This document shows, piece after piece, positions 25,771 to 37,430 of a stretch of 52,398 bases of DNA. Each line of letters begins with the position of its first letter. The first letter of the stretch is position 1. The stretch spans positions 1 through 52,398 of the forward strand of contig NW_021834921.1 of the NCBI RefSeq assembly GCF_006345805.1. The letters run 5' to 3'. A program made the translations under genes and the position numbers. This DNA is from Octopus sinensis. Its lineage: Eukaryota. The notes under the pieces were generated by a model that was not told the DNA's origin, made no database searches, and saw nothing but the letters and a program-made list of their open reading frames with translations.

Positions 25771-25899
25771 TGCGTGTTGTGGTTAGAAATACACACACAC
25801 ATATATATATCTTTTCATCTTATTACTTGTCTCAGTCGCAGACTGCTGCCAAGCTTGAAAAATTTTTAGTCTAATGATTCAACCGCAATCCATACAGTT

Positions 25900-26213
25900 T
25901 TTGCTAAGCCAGGTACTTTTTCTCTCGGTATCCCTTGCTGAACCGTCAAGTTACGGGACGTAAACTCACCAACACCCGTTGTGAAACGCTAGAAGGGAAA
26001 AATACACAGACACAAAGGCGCACACGAACACATCTATATATATGTAGATATATATGACAGTCTTCTATAAGTTTCCATCTACCATATCTATTTACAAAGC
26101 TTTGGTCGGCCCGAAGCTGTAGTAGAAGACACTTGCCCATGGTGCCAAGCGGTGTTACTGAACCCGGAACCATATTGTTGGTAAGCAAGCATCTTATCAT
26201 GCAGCCACGCCTA
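25900..26213 (-). mobile_element. Family 1 SINE lacking the 3' tail
   Basis: Reverse complement of head (CTTATCATGCAGCCACGCCTA), core (AGAAGACACTTGCCCATGGTGCC) and downstream body. Confidence 0.8.
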
Positions 26214-26640
26214 CACACACACATACACACACACGCGCGCGCGTATATATTGTGTTATATTATATAGTAGTATATTGTACGCACAGATATAAGCAATATA
26301 AATTAAAATGGCTTTTGCTTGTATAGAATGCCTCAAAATCACAAGATGGAATTGAAAATCAGCTCCGTATAAGAAGGGGAGATCGACCTCAGAACAATGT
26401 ATTCCCAAGTTGAAACGCTTTAAAGTATAAGGACATGGCTAATTTCTGAAGATAAGAAAACAGACGTTGGTATATGTTTCAGCTTCAATACGCAACATTA
26501 GAACAGCAATTTGAGACTTAAAAGGGCAAAACACTTTAATTATTATAAAAAAATTGGTCAAATACATGCCCCTGAGAGGTCAGAGATATTTATTTGAAGA
26601 ACCGAGAGAAATACAAGTATATTTATTCTACTAAATGAAC

Positions 26641-26798
26641 AATGCCTGAAATTTGAGGTACGGAAACTAGTCGATTACATCAAACCAGTGTTTCACTGGT
26701 ACTTAATTTATCAATCCCGAAAGGATGAAAGGCAAAGTTGACCTTGGCGGAATTTGAACTCAGAAAGTAGCGACGAACGAAATACCACTAAGCATTTG
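26641..26798 (-). mobile_element. Family 2 SINE fragment
   Basis: GAAAGGATGAAAGGCAAAGTTGACCTTGGCGGAATTTGAACTCAG. Confidence 0.8.
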
Positions 26799-27178
26799 TG
26801 ACTAGTTGAGCACTCCTCGTTAAGTAGTTATTACATCAGAAGATCTACTAGCTAGGAAACATATGTGGCCTGGATTTTACCTGGTCCACTCCCCCAATTT
26901 ATGCCCCAAACCACAACTTATATCGCATTCAAAGTATATTTGCATATTCTTTGCATGATATTACAACGCACATACACATTTATATATGCTTATCTATGTT
27001 AATATATGTATAAACGGAAGTGTATATTCGTACATGAGCTAAGAAACATGTTTAGCAAACAAATTGCACATGCAAGTGCTACCAGTCGAGAGCTCCGCAT
27101 ACCGGAAGTCTGTAAGTGTATGGGGTCATCAGAAGAGAATGCAGGCCATTTCGTGGCCTGCCGCCCGACTGTATCAAT

Positions 27179-27413
27179 TTAAGGCGGCGAGCTGGCAGAC
27201 ACGTTAGCACGTCGGGCGAAATACTTAGCGGTATTTCGTCTGTCGTTACGTTCTGATTTCAAATTCCGCCGAGGTCGACTTTGCCTTTCATCCTTACGGG
27301 GTCGATAAATTATGTACCAGTTACGTACTGGGTCGATGTAATCGACTTAATCCATTTGTCTGTCCTTGTTTGTTCCCTCTGTGTTTAGCCCCTTGTGGGT
27401 AGTAAAGAAATAG
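27179..27413 (+). mobile_element. Full-length family 2 SINE with probable 8-bp TSD GTATCAAT
   Basis: GTATCAAT at 27171-27178 and 27414-27421; near-identical to 14532-14764. Confidence 0.9.
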
Positions 27414-27726
27414 GTATCAATACGCGCACCCACCCACCCGTCATCTCATTGATATTAGGCCCCACTTGCTAGATCGACTGGTTGTCAAATAAACCTTAAT
27501 ATTCTTCTAGCCATCGCTCATCGTTTGCTTGTAACCAAATCCAGTGGCTAGCCTTTACCACTGTAGTTTGGATATCGGTCATGGTGGTATTTTATTTACG
27601 ATGAGTTAGGCCTAACGATAACAACAGTCGCCTCACACAATAGAAATAAAATTGCAAAAATAATCAGAAAACAATTATAACGGCAGCACCAGCAACGACG
27701 ACAGCAGCAGCAGCAACAACAACAGT

Positions 27727-27912
27727 GGAGGTGCAATGGCCCAGTGGTTAGGGCAGCGGACTCGCGGTCATAGGATCGCGGTTTCGATTCCCAGACCGGA
27801 CATTGTGAGTGTTTATTGAGCAGCACACCTAGGCTCCACGAGGCTCAGGCAGGGGGTGCTGATGAACCCTGCTGTACTCTTTCACCACAATTTCTCTCAC
27901 TGTTTCTTCCTA
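27727..27912 (+). mobile_element. tRNA-derived SINE (different family) with A and B boxes
   Basis: TGGCCCAGTGG (A box) and GGTTTCGATTCCC (B box). The anticodon stem does not pair and there is no tRNA 3' acceptor strand, so this is a SINE head and not a tRNA. Confidence 0.65.
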
Positions 27913-27914
27913 CT

Positions 27915-28205
27915 TCTTCCACAAAGCAGAGGAACCATGGCGTAACCCACTATGGTGTGGTAAACTTTCAGACCCTAGACTAGATTGCGAATCCTCTGTA
28001 CCCCAGGATGGTTCAGCTCTCCACCCGTTAAAAAAGCCACCGTTTACGGAATAAGGATAACAACGTACCTTTCTCACCCGTGCAACCGCCAGTCTATCGC
28101 GCGTGGTGGGTGGACCTTCAAGTTACCACACGCATCCTTAGTAGCTTAGGGTAGGCTGGAATTAGAGATTATTCTCTGTGGCCAATGGCGTGAGTCCTGA
28201 TTGGA
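27915..28205 (+). mobile_element. Possible short RTE-related element ending in a (GAA)n tail
   Basis: Ends ...CTCTGTGGCCAATGGCGTGAGTCCTGATTG(GAA)n, resembling an RTE-type 3' end; no ORF evidence. Confidence 0.35.
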
Positions 28206-29695
28206 AGAAGAAGAAGAAGAAGAAGAAGAAGAAGAAGAAGAAGAAGAAGAAGGAGGAGGACGAGGAGGAGTAGAAGATGAAGAAAAAGAAGAAGGAGGAG
28301 GAGGAGAAGAAGAAGAATGAGAAGAAGAAGAAGAGAAGGAAGAAGAAGAAGACAGGAATAATAATAATAAAAACAGCAAAAATAACGACATCAGCAACAA
28401 TAACACCAGCAACACCAACAGCAGCAGCAGCAGAAGCAAAAACGAACGATAATGAAGAAAATATTTCTAGATTGCTTCAACCTTAAGGGAGGAAAGACAG
28501 CTTTAATATTACATTGTGGAAATATCTGTTGAAGAGAGCAAGGTGATGGATAGAGAAATATAGAGGGGAGAGGGGAGAGGGGAATATGTAAGAGGGGATA
28601 AAAGAAAGAAGGAAAGAAAGAAATATAGAAACAAAGAAAGGAAGGAAGGATGAGCAAGTGATTGAATGAAAAATATAGAAGGAAGGAAGGAAGAAAAGAA
28701 TCGAGGATGCAGGATAGGAAAAATAAAAGGAAGAAGTGTGAAGGAGCCACGTATAGTAAAGCAAAAGAATTTAAGATATTAAGGAAGGAAGGATGAATGA
28801 AGGTTGGAAATATAGAAGGAAAGCAAGAGAAGGAGAGTGGAAGAAAGAAAGACTGTAAAAGTCGATGACATAGGATATGATGAGAAGGGGGTCACGTGTG
28901 AAGGAGCTACATAAAGAAAGCAACGGTAACTGAAAGAAAGAAAGAACGAAAGAGAGAGAGAAAGAAAGAAAGGAAAAAGAGGAGAAAGAAAGAAAGAAAG
29001 ACAGAAAGAAAGGAGAAAGAAGTAAAAAGAGGAAAAGAGAGAAAGAGGAAAAGAGAGAAAGAGGAAAAGAGAGAAAGAAAGGAAGAAAGAAGAAAGAAAG
29101 AAAAAAGGAAGAAAGAAAAGAGGAAGGAAGAAAAAAGAGGAGAAAGAAAGAACGAGACAGAAAGATAAAAAGGAGAAAGAACAAAAAAGACGAGAAAGAA
29201 AGAAAGAAGAAAAGAGAGAAAGAAAGGAAGACAGAAAGAAGGAAAGCGGAGAAGAGAGGAAGAAAAGAAGAAAGAAAGAATGAAAGAGAGAAAGAAAGAA
29301 AGAAAATAAGAAGCAGAAAAATGAAATTACGAATGAATGAAATGAAATGAAGAAAGGAAATAAAAAAGCAAGCGTCAGGAATGGATCTAGAGAAGGAAGG
29401 AAAATAGGTAAGAGCGCAGGGAATAGATTAATAAAGAAAAGGGCGAAAAGCAGGGTAATGGAATTATGGCAGCAAGTAAAAAGGAAGGAATGAAAGAACG
29501 AACGAACGAACGAAGAAAGAAGGGAGAAAGAAGGAAGGAAGGAAGAAAAGGAGGGAAGGATAGAACGAAAGAAAAAACGAGCGAACGAGAGAAGAAAAGG
29601 AAAGAAAGATGATAGAAACAATCGAGATGGTGATGATAATGATAATGATGTTGACGATGATGATGAATATGATGTTCATGGTGATGATGAAGAGG

Positions 29696-29781
<86 letters not shown>

Positions 29782-29784
29782 TAA

Positions 29785-29815
<31 letters not shown>

Positions 29816-29825
29816 AAGAAAACAC
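28203..29825. repeat. Purine-rich low-complexity domain: (GAA)n, (GGAA/AGAA)n ~1 kb, then (AAT)n and (AAG)n
   Basis: Directly visible strand-asymmetric GA-rich sequence; the long F/L/S ORFs on the minus strand are artefacts. Confidence 0.9.
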
Positions 29826-29849
29826 TTCAGGATATGTAACTGGTCTGAA

Positions 29850-30234
29850 TCTCTCTCTATATAAACGGCAGTTTGTCTGTGCGTGTTTCTGTGTGTCTGT
29901 TTGCTTGTACCCTCACCCTGACCACGGCTTTCAACCGATTCTGATGAAACTTGACACACACATAGCCCAATGTCATAATTCAAAACTAACGTAGCGAAAA
30001 TTTTGAAAAGTTCCCCCAGTTCTGAAAAAAAATCGATAAATCGACATGGGGTCGAGAATCAGAAACACAAACCGCAAACTGTCTAGGGACGCAACTCCAC
30101 CTTTTTTCACTCTCAAAAAAAAAATTTACCATCATTTTTTTCCATTTTTTTGCTATTTTTTGGCTATAACTCTCTAAAAATGCTTTATAGTTATTTCCCT
30201 TACAAACCTGAGCAACGCCGGGCGATACTGCTAG
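29850..30234 (+). mobile_element. Non-autonomous Helitron (385 bp)
   Basis: A|TCTCTCTCTATATAAAC...CCTGAGCAACGCCGGGCGATACTG-CTAG|T. The last ~110 bp are near-identical to the 3' end of 18998-19290. Confidence 0.88.
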
Positions 30235-30513
30235 TTTTGATTAAATGTTACAAATATGTCCATACTCATGTTGGCGTTTATTTATGCAGAGAGAGTTTAA
30301 GTCACACATACATGCAAACATGCAAACGCCCACTCGTGCTCACGCAAGCACAAACATGCCCGTTCGCACACACACACGCGCCTAACAGAAACATACCCCT
30401 TGGACGTCGCATATTGCACACCTACACAAATGTATAAAAGTACATTTGTGTATACACACATAAAACTCTCTAACTTTTGTACTCGTTTCAACTCGGGAGC
30501 TGCGGCCATATGC

Positions 30514-30562
<49 letters not shown>

Positions 30563-31099
30563 ACATACACACACGTATATAACTATGTGTGTATCCTAGT
30601 AGTGGTTTGCAGTAAGGTCCAGGTTTTGTAACACAGCAAGTTGGGAAAGAAGGACGTTCTTTGGAGGGAGTTAGCTACTATATATGGCATGTCAAGCTGA
30701 TGCAAGTGTAGCTTGCTGCCCCAGGAAAGCACAAAAAGATTCAATAAACACGAGGAGGTTATTTGAATAAGGAGTTACATTCAGAGACACTATTTGGAAG
30801 CGCTGTTGATGGCTCTCTCTCCCTGTCTTTCACTTTCTCTGTATTTCTCTCTTTCTCTCTCTCTCTCTCTGCCTCTCTTTTCTCTCTCTCTCTCACATAC
30901 ACACACACGCATTCACACGTTTCACATACGAAGTGGTAATGTCTCGTGTCAGTGGAAGAGGGCTTTGCAATTTCTACATTAACAACTTGCCCTGATGATT
31001 TGTTTATAGCAATCATTTGTTCGTGTTATACATTAGCATGCTCCCTCCATCAAATCCATGTTACCCGTTACAAATGCACGGTATCCCACATGGCGAATG

Positions 31100-31222
31100 T
31101 CGAAGTGATCGCAGAGCAACGTGAGATGTCGTGTTTTGTTCAAGAACACAACACCCTACTCGGTCCGGAAATCGAACCTACAATCTCGCGATCATGAGGG
31201 CTACAAACTAACCACTAAGTCA
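31100..31222 (-). mobile_element. SINE head and core fragment related to 8143-8464
   Basis: GCAGAGCAACGTGAGATGTCGTGTTTTGTTCAAGAACACAAC...GGAAATCGAACC (reverse-complement B box). Confidence 0.7.
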
Positions 31223-31369
31223 TACTCCCACATCACACAAACATACAAACACACACACACACACACGCATGCAGGGCGCAAGCCGTATTTGAGGTTACAC
31301 GCATTCGTAGTCATTATTTTCTTTGACTAATTTTTATTGAATATCTCTTTCAGAAAATAACAATGACAG

Positions 31370-31745
31370 GCCCTGTACTTACTAATGAAATGCAAGAAGC
31401 ATGATGGGGTTGTGGCTTTGGAGGCTAAGCATGATGATTTACCAATTTCTCGTTTTCTGAAAGTTGCAAGATCTTTTGTCCACAAGATTCGGTGAGAGTT
31501 AGAAAAAGAAGATGGAAGCGCTATCACCAATGTCACAACGTAGAAAAAACATTCCAAAGGCTCTGATTCTATCAGGACACCTATATTTATTTAGGATGTT
31601 AAGCAAAACATTGAAGATAATCCAAGAAGATCAATGAGTTCAATTGCAAAAAAAATTCGTGTGACAGAAAAAACAACCAGAAATGATTTGAATGAAGACA
31701 TCAGATACAAATCTTACGTGATGAGGAAAGGTCAATTCATGCCAG
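31370..31745 (+). pseudogene. Tc1/mariner-superfamily (maT/DD37D-like) transposase N-terminal fragment
   Basis: VVALEAKHDDLPISRFLKVARSFVHKIR*...SDSIRTP...IEDNPRRSMSSIAKKIRVTEKTTRNDLNEDIRYKSYVMRKGQFM: two HTH-like blocks followed by the YKSY(V)MR..QF motif. Confidence 0.75.
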
Positions 31746-32669
31746 CTGCAGTTTTATCATGGATAGAGGTACGAATTATAGCAACAGTCGTTTTATTTTC
31801 ATTGCAGAACAGACTGAGTTTTTGATTTTTGCACGAGCGATGGCAGTAGGAGATGAGTGCCAGACACAGGGAGAATTATGTGTACCGAAATTCACCAAGG
31901 TTGAGTTCATAAACAAGGAAGTTGATTATAGATTTCAGTTATTACAAGCTAGTTGAGTTGTAGTTGAGGAAACGGAAAGCAGAGCAAAGGAGAAGGTAAA
32001 AAAGAAGCATAGATATACATACACAGGAGAATATATCATATAGACGCAGTGAAAAAAATTACAATTGCTATGAAAGTTCCATATTCTTTATCTTGATTAT
32101 ATATTCATGCTTGCACCTGTAATCATAGGTTATGTTACTAGATGTTTACAATAATAATTTCGAATCTTTTGCGTTTTCAGGCAAAGAAAAATTACCATTT
32201 CACACACACACAGATACTAAGAATTGTCTGTAAAAAGGACAGTAAAATGATGGATGAGATTATAAAACATTTAACATGAAACTGAGTACAGTTGTTGCTG
32301 TTTATATTGCAGTTGCGAGACGTTGTTTCCCAGATACAAAACAGAACAGGTTTTAGTTTATGAAATGAAATAAATAAAAAAAAAAAAAATTAAGCAGAAG
32401 GAACAATATTTGCGTACGTGTATGTGTGTGTTAATGTGTCTGAGTGTTGTGTGTGTGTGTGTGTGTGTGTGTGTACATACATGTAGGCACATGTCTACCG
32501 ATCTATCTCCTCTCTGTATCTTTTTTACTGTATATATATAAATATATATATATGTTTGTGTGTATATGTGTGCGCGTGTATGTGTGTCCATGTGTGTGTG
32601 GCGTGTGTATGTGCGTGCATATGTGTATTGTGTATCTATCTATCTATACATATATATATATATATATAT

Positions 32670-32740
<71 letters not shown>

Positions 32741-33149
32741 TAGATATAGATATATATTTATATATATTCTGTAACTGTTTTTATTTGTTTATAATTTTTT
32801 GCTCCTTTTCCATTGTCAAGCTTTTTCTTTTAACGTATATGTTCTTTCTTAAATCATAATATTATATAAACACAAACCGTTCTGTATATGTTTCAAAATA
32901 AATTATGAACTAACATGATGATAAACGTGTGCATATGCTTCAACGTATACGTTTGTATGTATGTGTGTAAAAATCTACAGTGTCTGTAAATATGAATTCC
33001 TATGAGTCTTGGCGCATGGTGGACGTAGATGAAAATACGACTACATCGCGAGCATTATAACGTTGTCTTAGACCTGGTCGAACGACGAAATTTTGACGCC
33101 ATATTGCAAATAATAAATGCTTAGTTGAAGGGTATAGTTTTTGTGTGTT

Positions 33150-33346
33150 AGCGTCATTTCGTCCGTTATGAGTTCAAATTCCATCTAGGTCGTCTTTACC
33201 TTTCATCTATAATGTTAGCCCCTTTCATCAATAATGTTAGCCCCTTTCATCAATATGTTAGCCCCAGCTCGGCAATGGGGGTCAATGTAATCGACTTACC
33301 CCCTCCCCCGAAAATACTGTCCTTGTGTCAACATTTGAAACCAATG
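33150..33346 (+). mobile_element. Family 2 SINE with an internal 22-bp triplication
   Basis: GAGTTCAAATTCC B-box; CCTTTCATC(T/A)ATAATGTTAGCC x3 at 33199-33263; CCTTGTGTCAACATTTGAAACCAAT tail. Confidence 0.7.
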
Positions 33347-33393
33347 TATGTGTATATGTATATATTATATATACATATACATATATATATATA

Positions 33394-33585
33394 GTTGGAA
33401 TTTACAAAAAGAAAAAATTAAAAGACGAAGACGGGTGGGTAAACAACAAACAGAAGTATTAGTTTAACGCTCGGGAAGTGAGAAAGTCTTTTACGTTTCG
33501 AGCCTATGCTCTTCAACAGAAAGGAACACAGAAATAAGCAGAGAGAGAGAAAATAAAAAAAAGGCTAAGTGGCTAGCGATATATA
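33394..33585 (-). mobile_element. Short (~190-bp) hammerhead-bearing non-coding element abutting (TA)n
   Basis: Homologous to 47991-48180; contains the HHR at 33488-33523. Confidence 0.7.
33488..33523 (-). ncRNA. Minimal type-I HHR motif, variant core CUGUUGA
   Basis: Minus: CTTT-CTGTTGA-A-GAGC(atag)GCTC-GAAA-CG-T-A-AAAG. Stems I and II are perfect; ACGT palindrome as helix III. Confidence 0.72.
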
Positions 33586-34592
33586 CATGATTAATAAGTG
33601 GAATGACCACTAAAGTGGATTCCTATACGCTAGAGATAGACGTCAAATTGGCTTACCACAAAGAGTGTGTTCTCAAGAAAAAAAAAACAGCAAACGCCAA
33701 AATGTAAAAAATAATCAAGGCAAATGTAAATTTACACAATGAAACGATTACCTATGTATCATGATTTCATTACTAATACTTATAAAATGCAAAATGCAAC
33801 TATCTGTAAATCTTCAGCTTAGCCTGTCGTATTTCACAATTGATGTTAATTGATTGATATCAATTTCTACCCTTATTATTTTCATATATTTTTATTTGGA
33901 TTTTTAATTATATTCTCCTATTGTTGTTTAAATCCTTTTGATGAGTCTCCTTCTGATGAAATAGATTACGATGAACACACGCTAGGACCGTAGTCATGCG
34001 ACCAATATATAATGATAGTAGTAACGCGTTGTCGGAGAAAGACAGTTCTGCAATTTCGTGCTGAACAATTTGCACAACCGATTTGCTTTAATTGATCAAA
34101 TGTATGTGTGTATGTACTGTATATTAAGCATACTACCTCCAGCAGATCGATGTAGCCTGAACAGGTGTATGGAGTATCACATATAAGGTGTTGAAAGGAA
34201 AGCAGAGCAACTCGAGAGGAATTATTTTGCCCAAAAACACAACGCAACACCCGGTCAAGGAAGTGAAACTACTATCTGGTAATCGTGAGTGCATATAACA
34301 CACTTGTTTTGCTCCTAGTAGTGAATTTGGCTCTAAAGGAAAGAAAATTCCTTCTTGGTCAGGTATAGTTGAAGCTGTATATCTAATTTTTGAATTTAAA
34401 CCTTGTATTTCTTTATCAAAACAAAATTATTTCCCCCAAAATGTCACGAAAATGACGGATTCAATACGCGTAGTTGCACCTACTTTAAGCAGCGATGCAG
34501 TCAGAAAATTTTCTACTTGACCATATGCTGTTGAAATTGAGATGTGTATAATACACCCATATATATTTTATACCGTTAGATACGGTATAATA

Positions 34593-34641
<49 letters not shown>

Positions 34642-34726
34642 TATTTGAGACAAAACCACTATTTTGCAAAACAAACAAGGAAAGACTTAATCAATACAAA
34701 ATTTAATAAATAGTCAAAAAAAACCG

Positions 34727-34769
34727 CCACTACAATCGTTTCTTGTCTTGATCGACAATCTTCAGGTGG
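34727..34769 (-). ncRNA. Type-I HHR with canonical CUGAAGA core
   Basis: Minus: CCAC-CTGAAGA-TTGTC(gatcaa)GACAA-GAAA-CGATTG-T-A-GTGG. Stem I 4 bp, stem II 5 bp, near-palindromic ACGAT(T/C)GT helix III. Confidence 0.85.
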
Positions 34770-34989
34770 ACTTCCACAGTCTTACTGCGGGTCGCCAAGT
34801 AAGCCTCTTAACCACACAGCTCTACTGACAATATATGTGCAAAAGTATCCTAAAACTTAAAGGATGTTTCGGAAGGATCATTTGATGAAGGAAGTAATTG
34901 TTCACCGTTAAATAGCCCTGCGATTCGATAGATGCTCATTTAAGATTAAACTGAAGTAGTTTATGTCTTTGTCTTGCTTTGGAAGCATC

Positions 34990-35325
34990 TGGTCTCTGGC
35001 TTGAACCCCACTATGTGGTGCCTTCTACTATAGCATCGAGCTGACCAATGCTTTGTGACCAGATTTGAGAAGCGGGAACTGCATGGAAGACTGTTGTGTG
35101 TGTGGTGGGCATCTGTGTCGGGCCCTCAATGCTTGAAAAAAATGTCGGTTTGTTTACCACCACATAAATTAGCAAATCGAAAAGAATATTTAAAAAAAAA
35201 AAGCCGACTGATTAAGTACCAGCTAAAAAGAAAAAAAGAATAAATACCAGAGCAGATTAGTTCGACTAAATTCCTCAAATCGGTGCACCAACTTGACTGC
35301 ATTCCAGTGACTGAAACAAGGGAAA
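34990..35325 (+). mobile_element. Old, diverged family 1 SINE
   Basis: CTTCTACTATAGCATCGAGCTGACCAATGCTTTGTGA and TTCGACTAAA...GTGACTGAAACAAG match the family 1 body and tail. Confidence 0.6.
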
Positions 35326-36397
35326 CATGGCTACTAAAATAATTACGTCTGTACAAACTCTTTGAATTGAGCATTAAATTTGATACAAAAAAAAAATGAA
35401 AATCTGCACTTAGTCACTTCACTGTTTAAAATATCAATCACTAAGTCTACCATTTCTTTCTTAAGCAAAACAATCCTACATGAATTCTTGTCTTTCTCCA
35501 ACTAACAACCGTTTATCTTACAAAATAATTTATGGTTTATTTTTCGAAAACTACGCCAAAAATTATTTTGTATGAATTTCTTCTAAAATAATGTATAATC
35601 TTTTTCATTTGATAGTAATAACTCTCCTTTAGATTTCACTACAATCATTTTGTCCATCTTTTATAATGTTCTCTCGTTTTTTTCTTCTATTTTCACCCAC
35701 CATTTTTCATCTATTTGTATATCTATGTATACCAGTAATTCCTAACGCTTCGTAAAGTTTCCTTCCGAAACGAAATAATTTGTACAATTGTGACAATATT
35801 AACTTAAAAGAGATATTTATTCTGCATCACTGCATTGAGTTCTTTATCGTTTTAGTTCGTGGTAGTTCTCATTTCAAAAATCAAATACATTCTAACACAC
35901 ACACACATACACACATATACATACCCACACCATACATATATAGACACACTCATACGCACAAACGCACACACAAACACACACACACACGTATATATATATA
36001 TATATTAGTATTTCATAAGTTCATTTGTTTGCGTGTGTCTTAGCTGGAGTCTATTGCTTCACACATATACCGTTATAGTCAAAGGACAAAAAATAAAATG
36101 ACATAAAGAACACATCCGAACTAGAAAGTATTTGCATTTGGAATTACATATAATATGTATGTACTAAAATTACATGGTACCTTGTGTATGTGAGAATACA
36201 TAAATATATCTTTAATTACAGCATTGAGCACATATGTTATAAGGTTATATAAGGGGCCATGTTAAAAGGGAATATTAAAGTAAAATAAATGATGTGAAAT
36301 GCGTTTTCCACCTTTAAAATTCCTTCTTTACCGATTTACTTTAACAATTTCAGATCTCCATATGTATCAGCTGAAAAATTATCACAATCCCCAACAA

Positions 36398-36580
36398 TAT
36401 GTACGTATGTACGTATGTATGTACGTATGTATGTATGTATGTATGTATGTATGTATGTATGTATGTATGTATGTATGTATGTATGTATGTATGTATGTAT
36501 GTTGTATGTATGTATGTATGTATGTATGTATGTATGTATGTATGTATGTATGTTGTATGTATGTATGTATGTATTATGTA
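36398..36580. repeat. (TATG)n tract
   Basis: Directly visible; source of the MYVC-repeat ORFs. Confidence 0.95.
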
Positions 36581-36589
36581 TGACCGAGG

Positions 36590-36760
36590 ACATAGAAATA
36601 ATCGGACTGAATACCCGATCGCGCGGTTAAACTATTGGGAGTGAAGGACTCCTAGCCTTTGTTAGAGTATCCTTCTAGGAGAAGGTAACTCAGGTAACTG
36701 GGATAACTCCGATATAAAACCTGCGGCTCAGTGGTTACCGATGATGTTGACTTGTTCTTC
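36590..36760 (+). mobile_element. Possible RTE-type LINE 5' UTR fragment
   Basis: TCCTTCTAGGAGAAGGTAACTC...ACTCCGATATAAAACC resembles RTE 5' regions (recalled similarity only). Confidence 0.35.
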
Positions 36761-37219
36761 TTTTCGGATTATGGCTGCTGTTGCTTAGTGAGTGGGATTG
36801 ACTCAGTGCACAGCCTTTCCCTACTTTAAAAAAATCTTCTTGCACAGGCATTGCACGATAACAACATTGGTTAAGCTTCATGCAATGGCCATACTCGATA
36901 ACGAGGGGGCAGCCACCATATATTATGTATGTACTGCAAACAGAAATAAAATAAATCTCGAGCACTGAACAGTTGTGAACTCAGCTTAGAAGAAACATCT
37001 ACGGAAATGCCGGACCCGGGAGTTCACAATTCACTTTTGTGACTTTTGTTTCTCCTCGAATGAGCGACTACCTAGAACTTCTTCACTTGGTTTGTCAGTA
37101 TTTCTGTAAATTCTTGCGATGGCCACAAATGAGAGGGACAATTTGGAAGCGATCGGTTGTGTAAAATTACTGTCATTATGCACTGCACTTATGGTCACGG
37201 AGTACATATTTAATATCGA

Positions 37220-37430
37220 ACCACCCCTGACTTACTATAAAGCTCGAATGAAGATCTGAATACAGTATCGCTTCCACGTCTTGGGCGGTTCTGGTGCTAC
37301 AATCCGAGACATCTTTGAAAGCATCAAAAGAGAGATCATTAGGCTGATAAGCATGGAAACCTTCATAGACAAGCTAAAAGCTCTGACCCTAGGGAACCGT
37401 ATTTTCTGTGTTTATTGTAGAAATACTATA
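37220..37430 (+). pseudogene. Degenerate CR1/L2-group LINE RT C-terminal remnant
   Basis: YYK...(S)HVLGGSGATIRDIFESIKREIIRLISMETFIDKLKALTLGNRIFCVY resembles the SHxWGG...LDxIQxRAIRLI...LQPLxHRR region of CR1-group RTs. Confidence 0.55.

Noticed and set aside
27727-27800. tRNA gene
   Set aside because: A and B boxes are present, but the anticodon and acceptor stems do not pair; interpreted as a SINE head.
33932-33972. Hammerhead-like TTGATGA...GAAA
   Set aside because: Stems I and III pair poorly; likely chance in AT-rich sequence.
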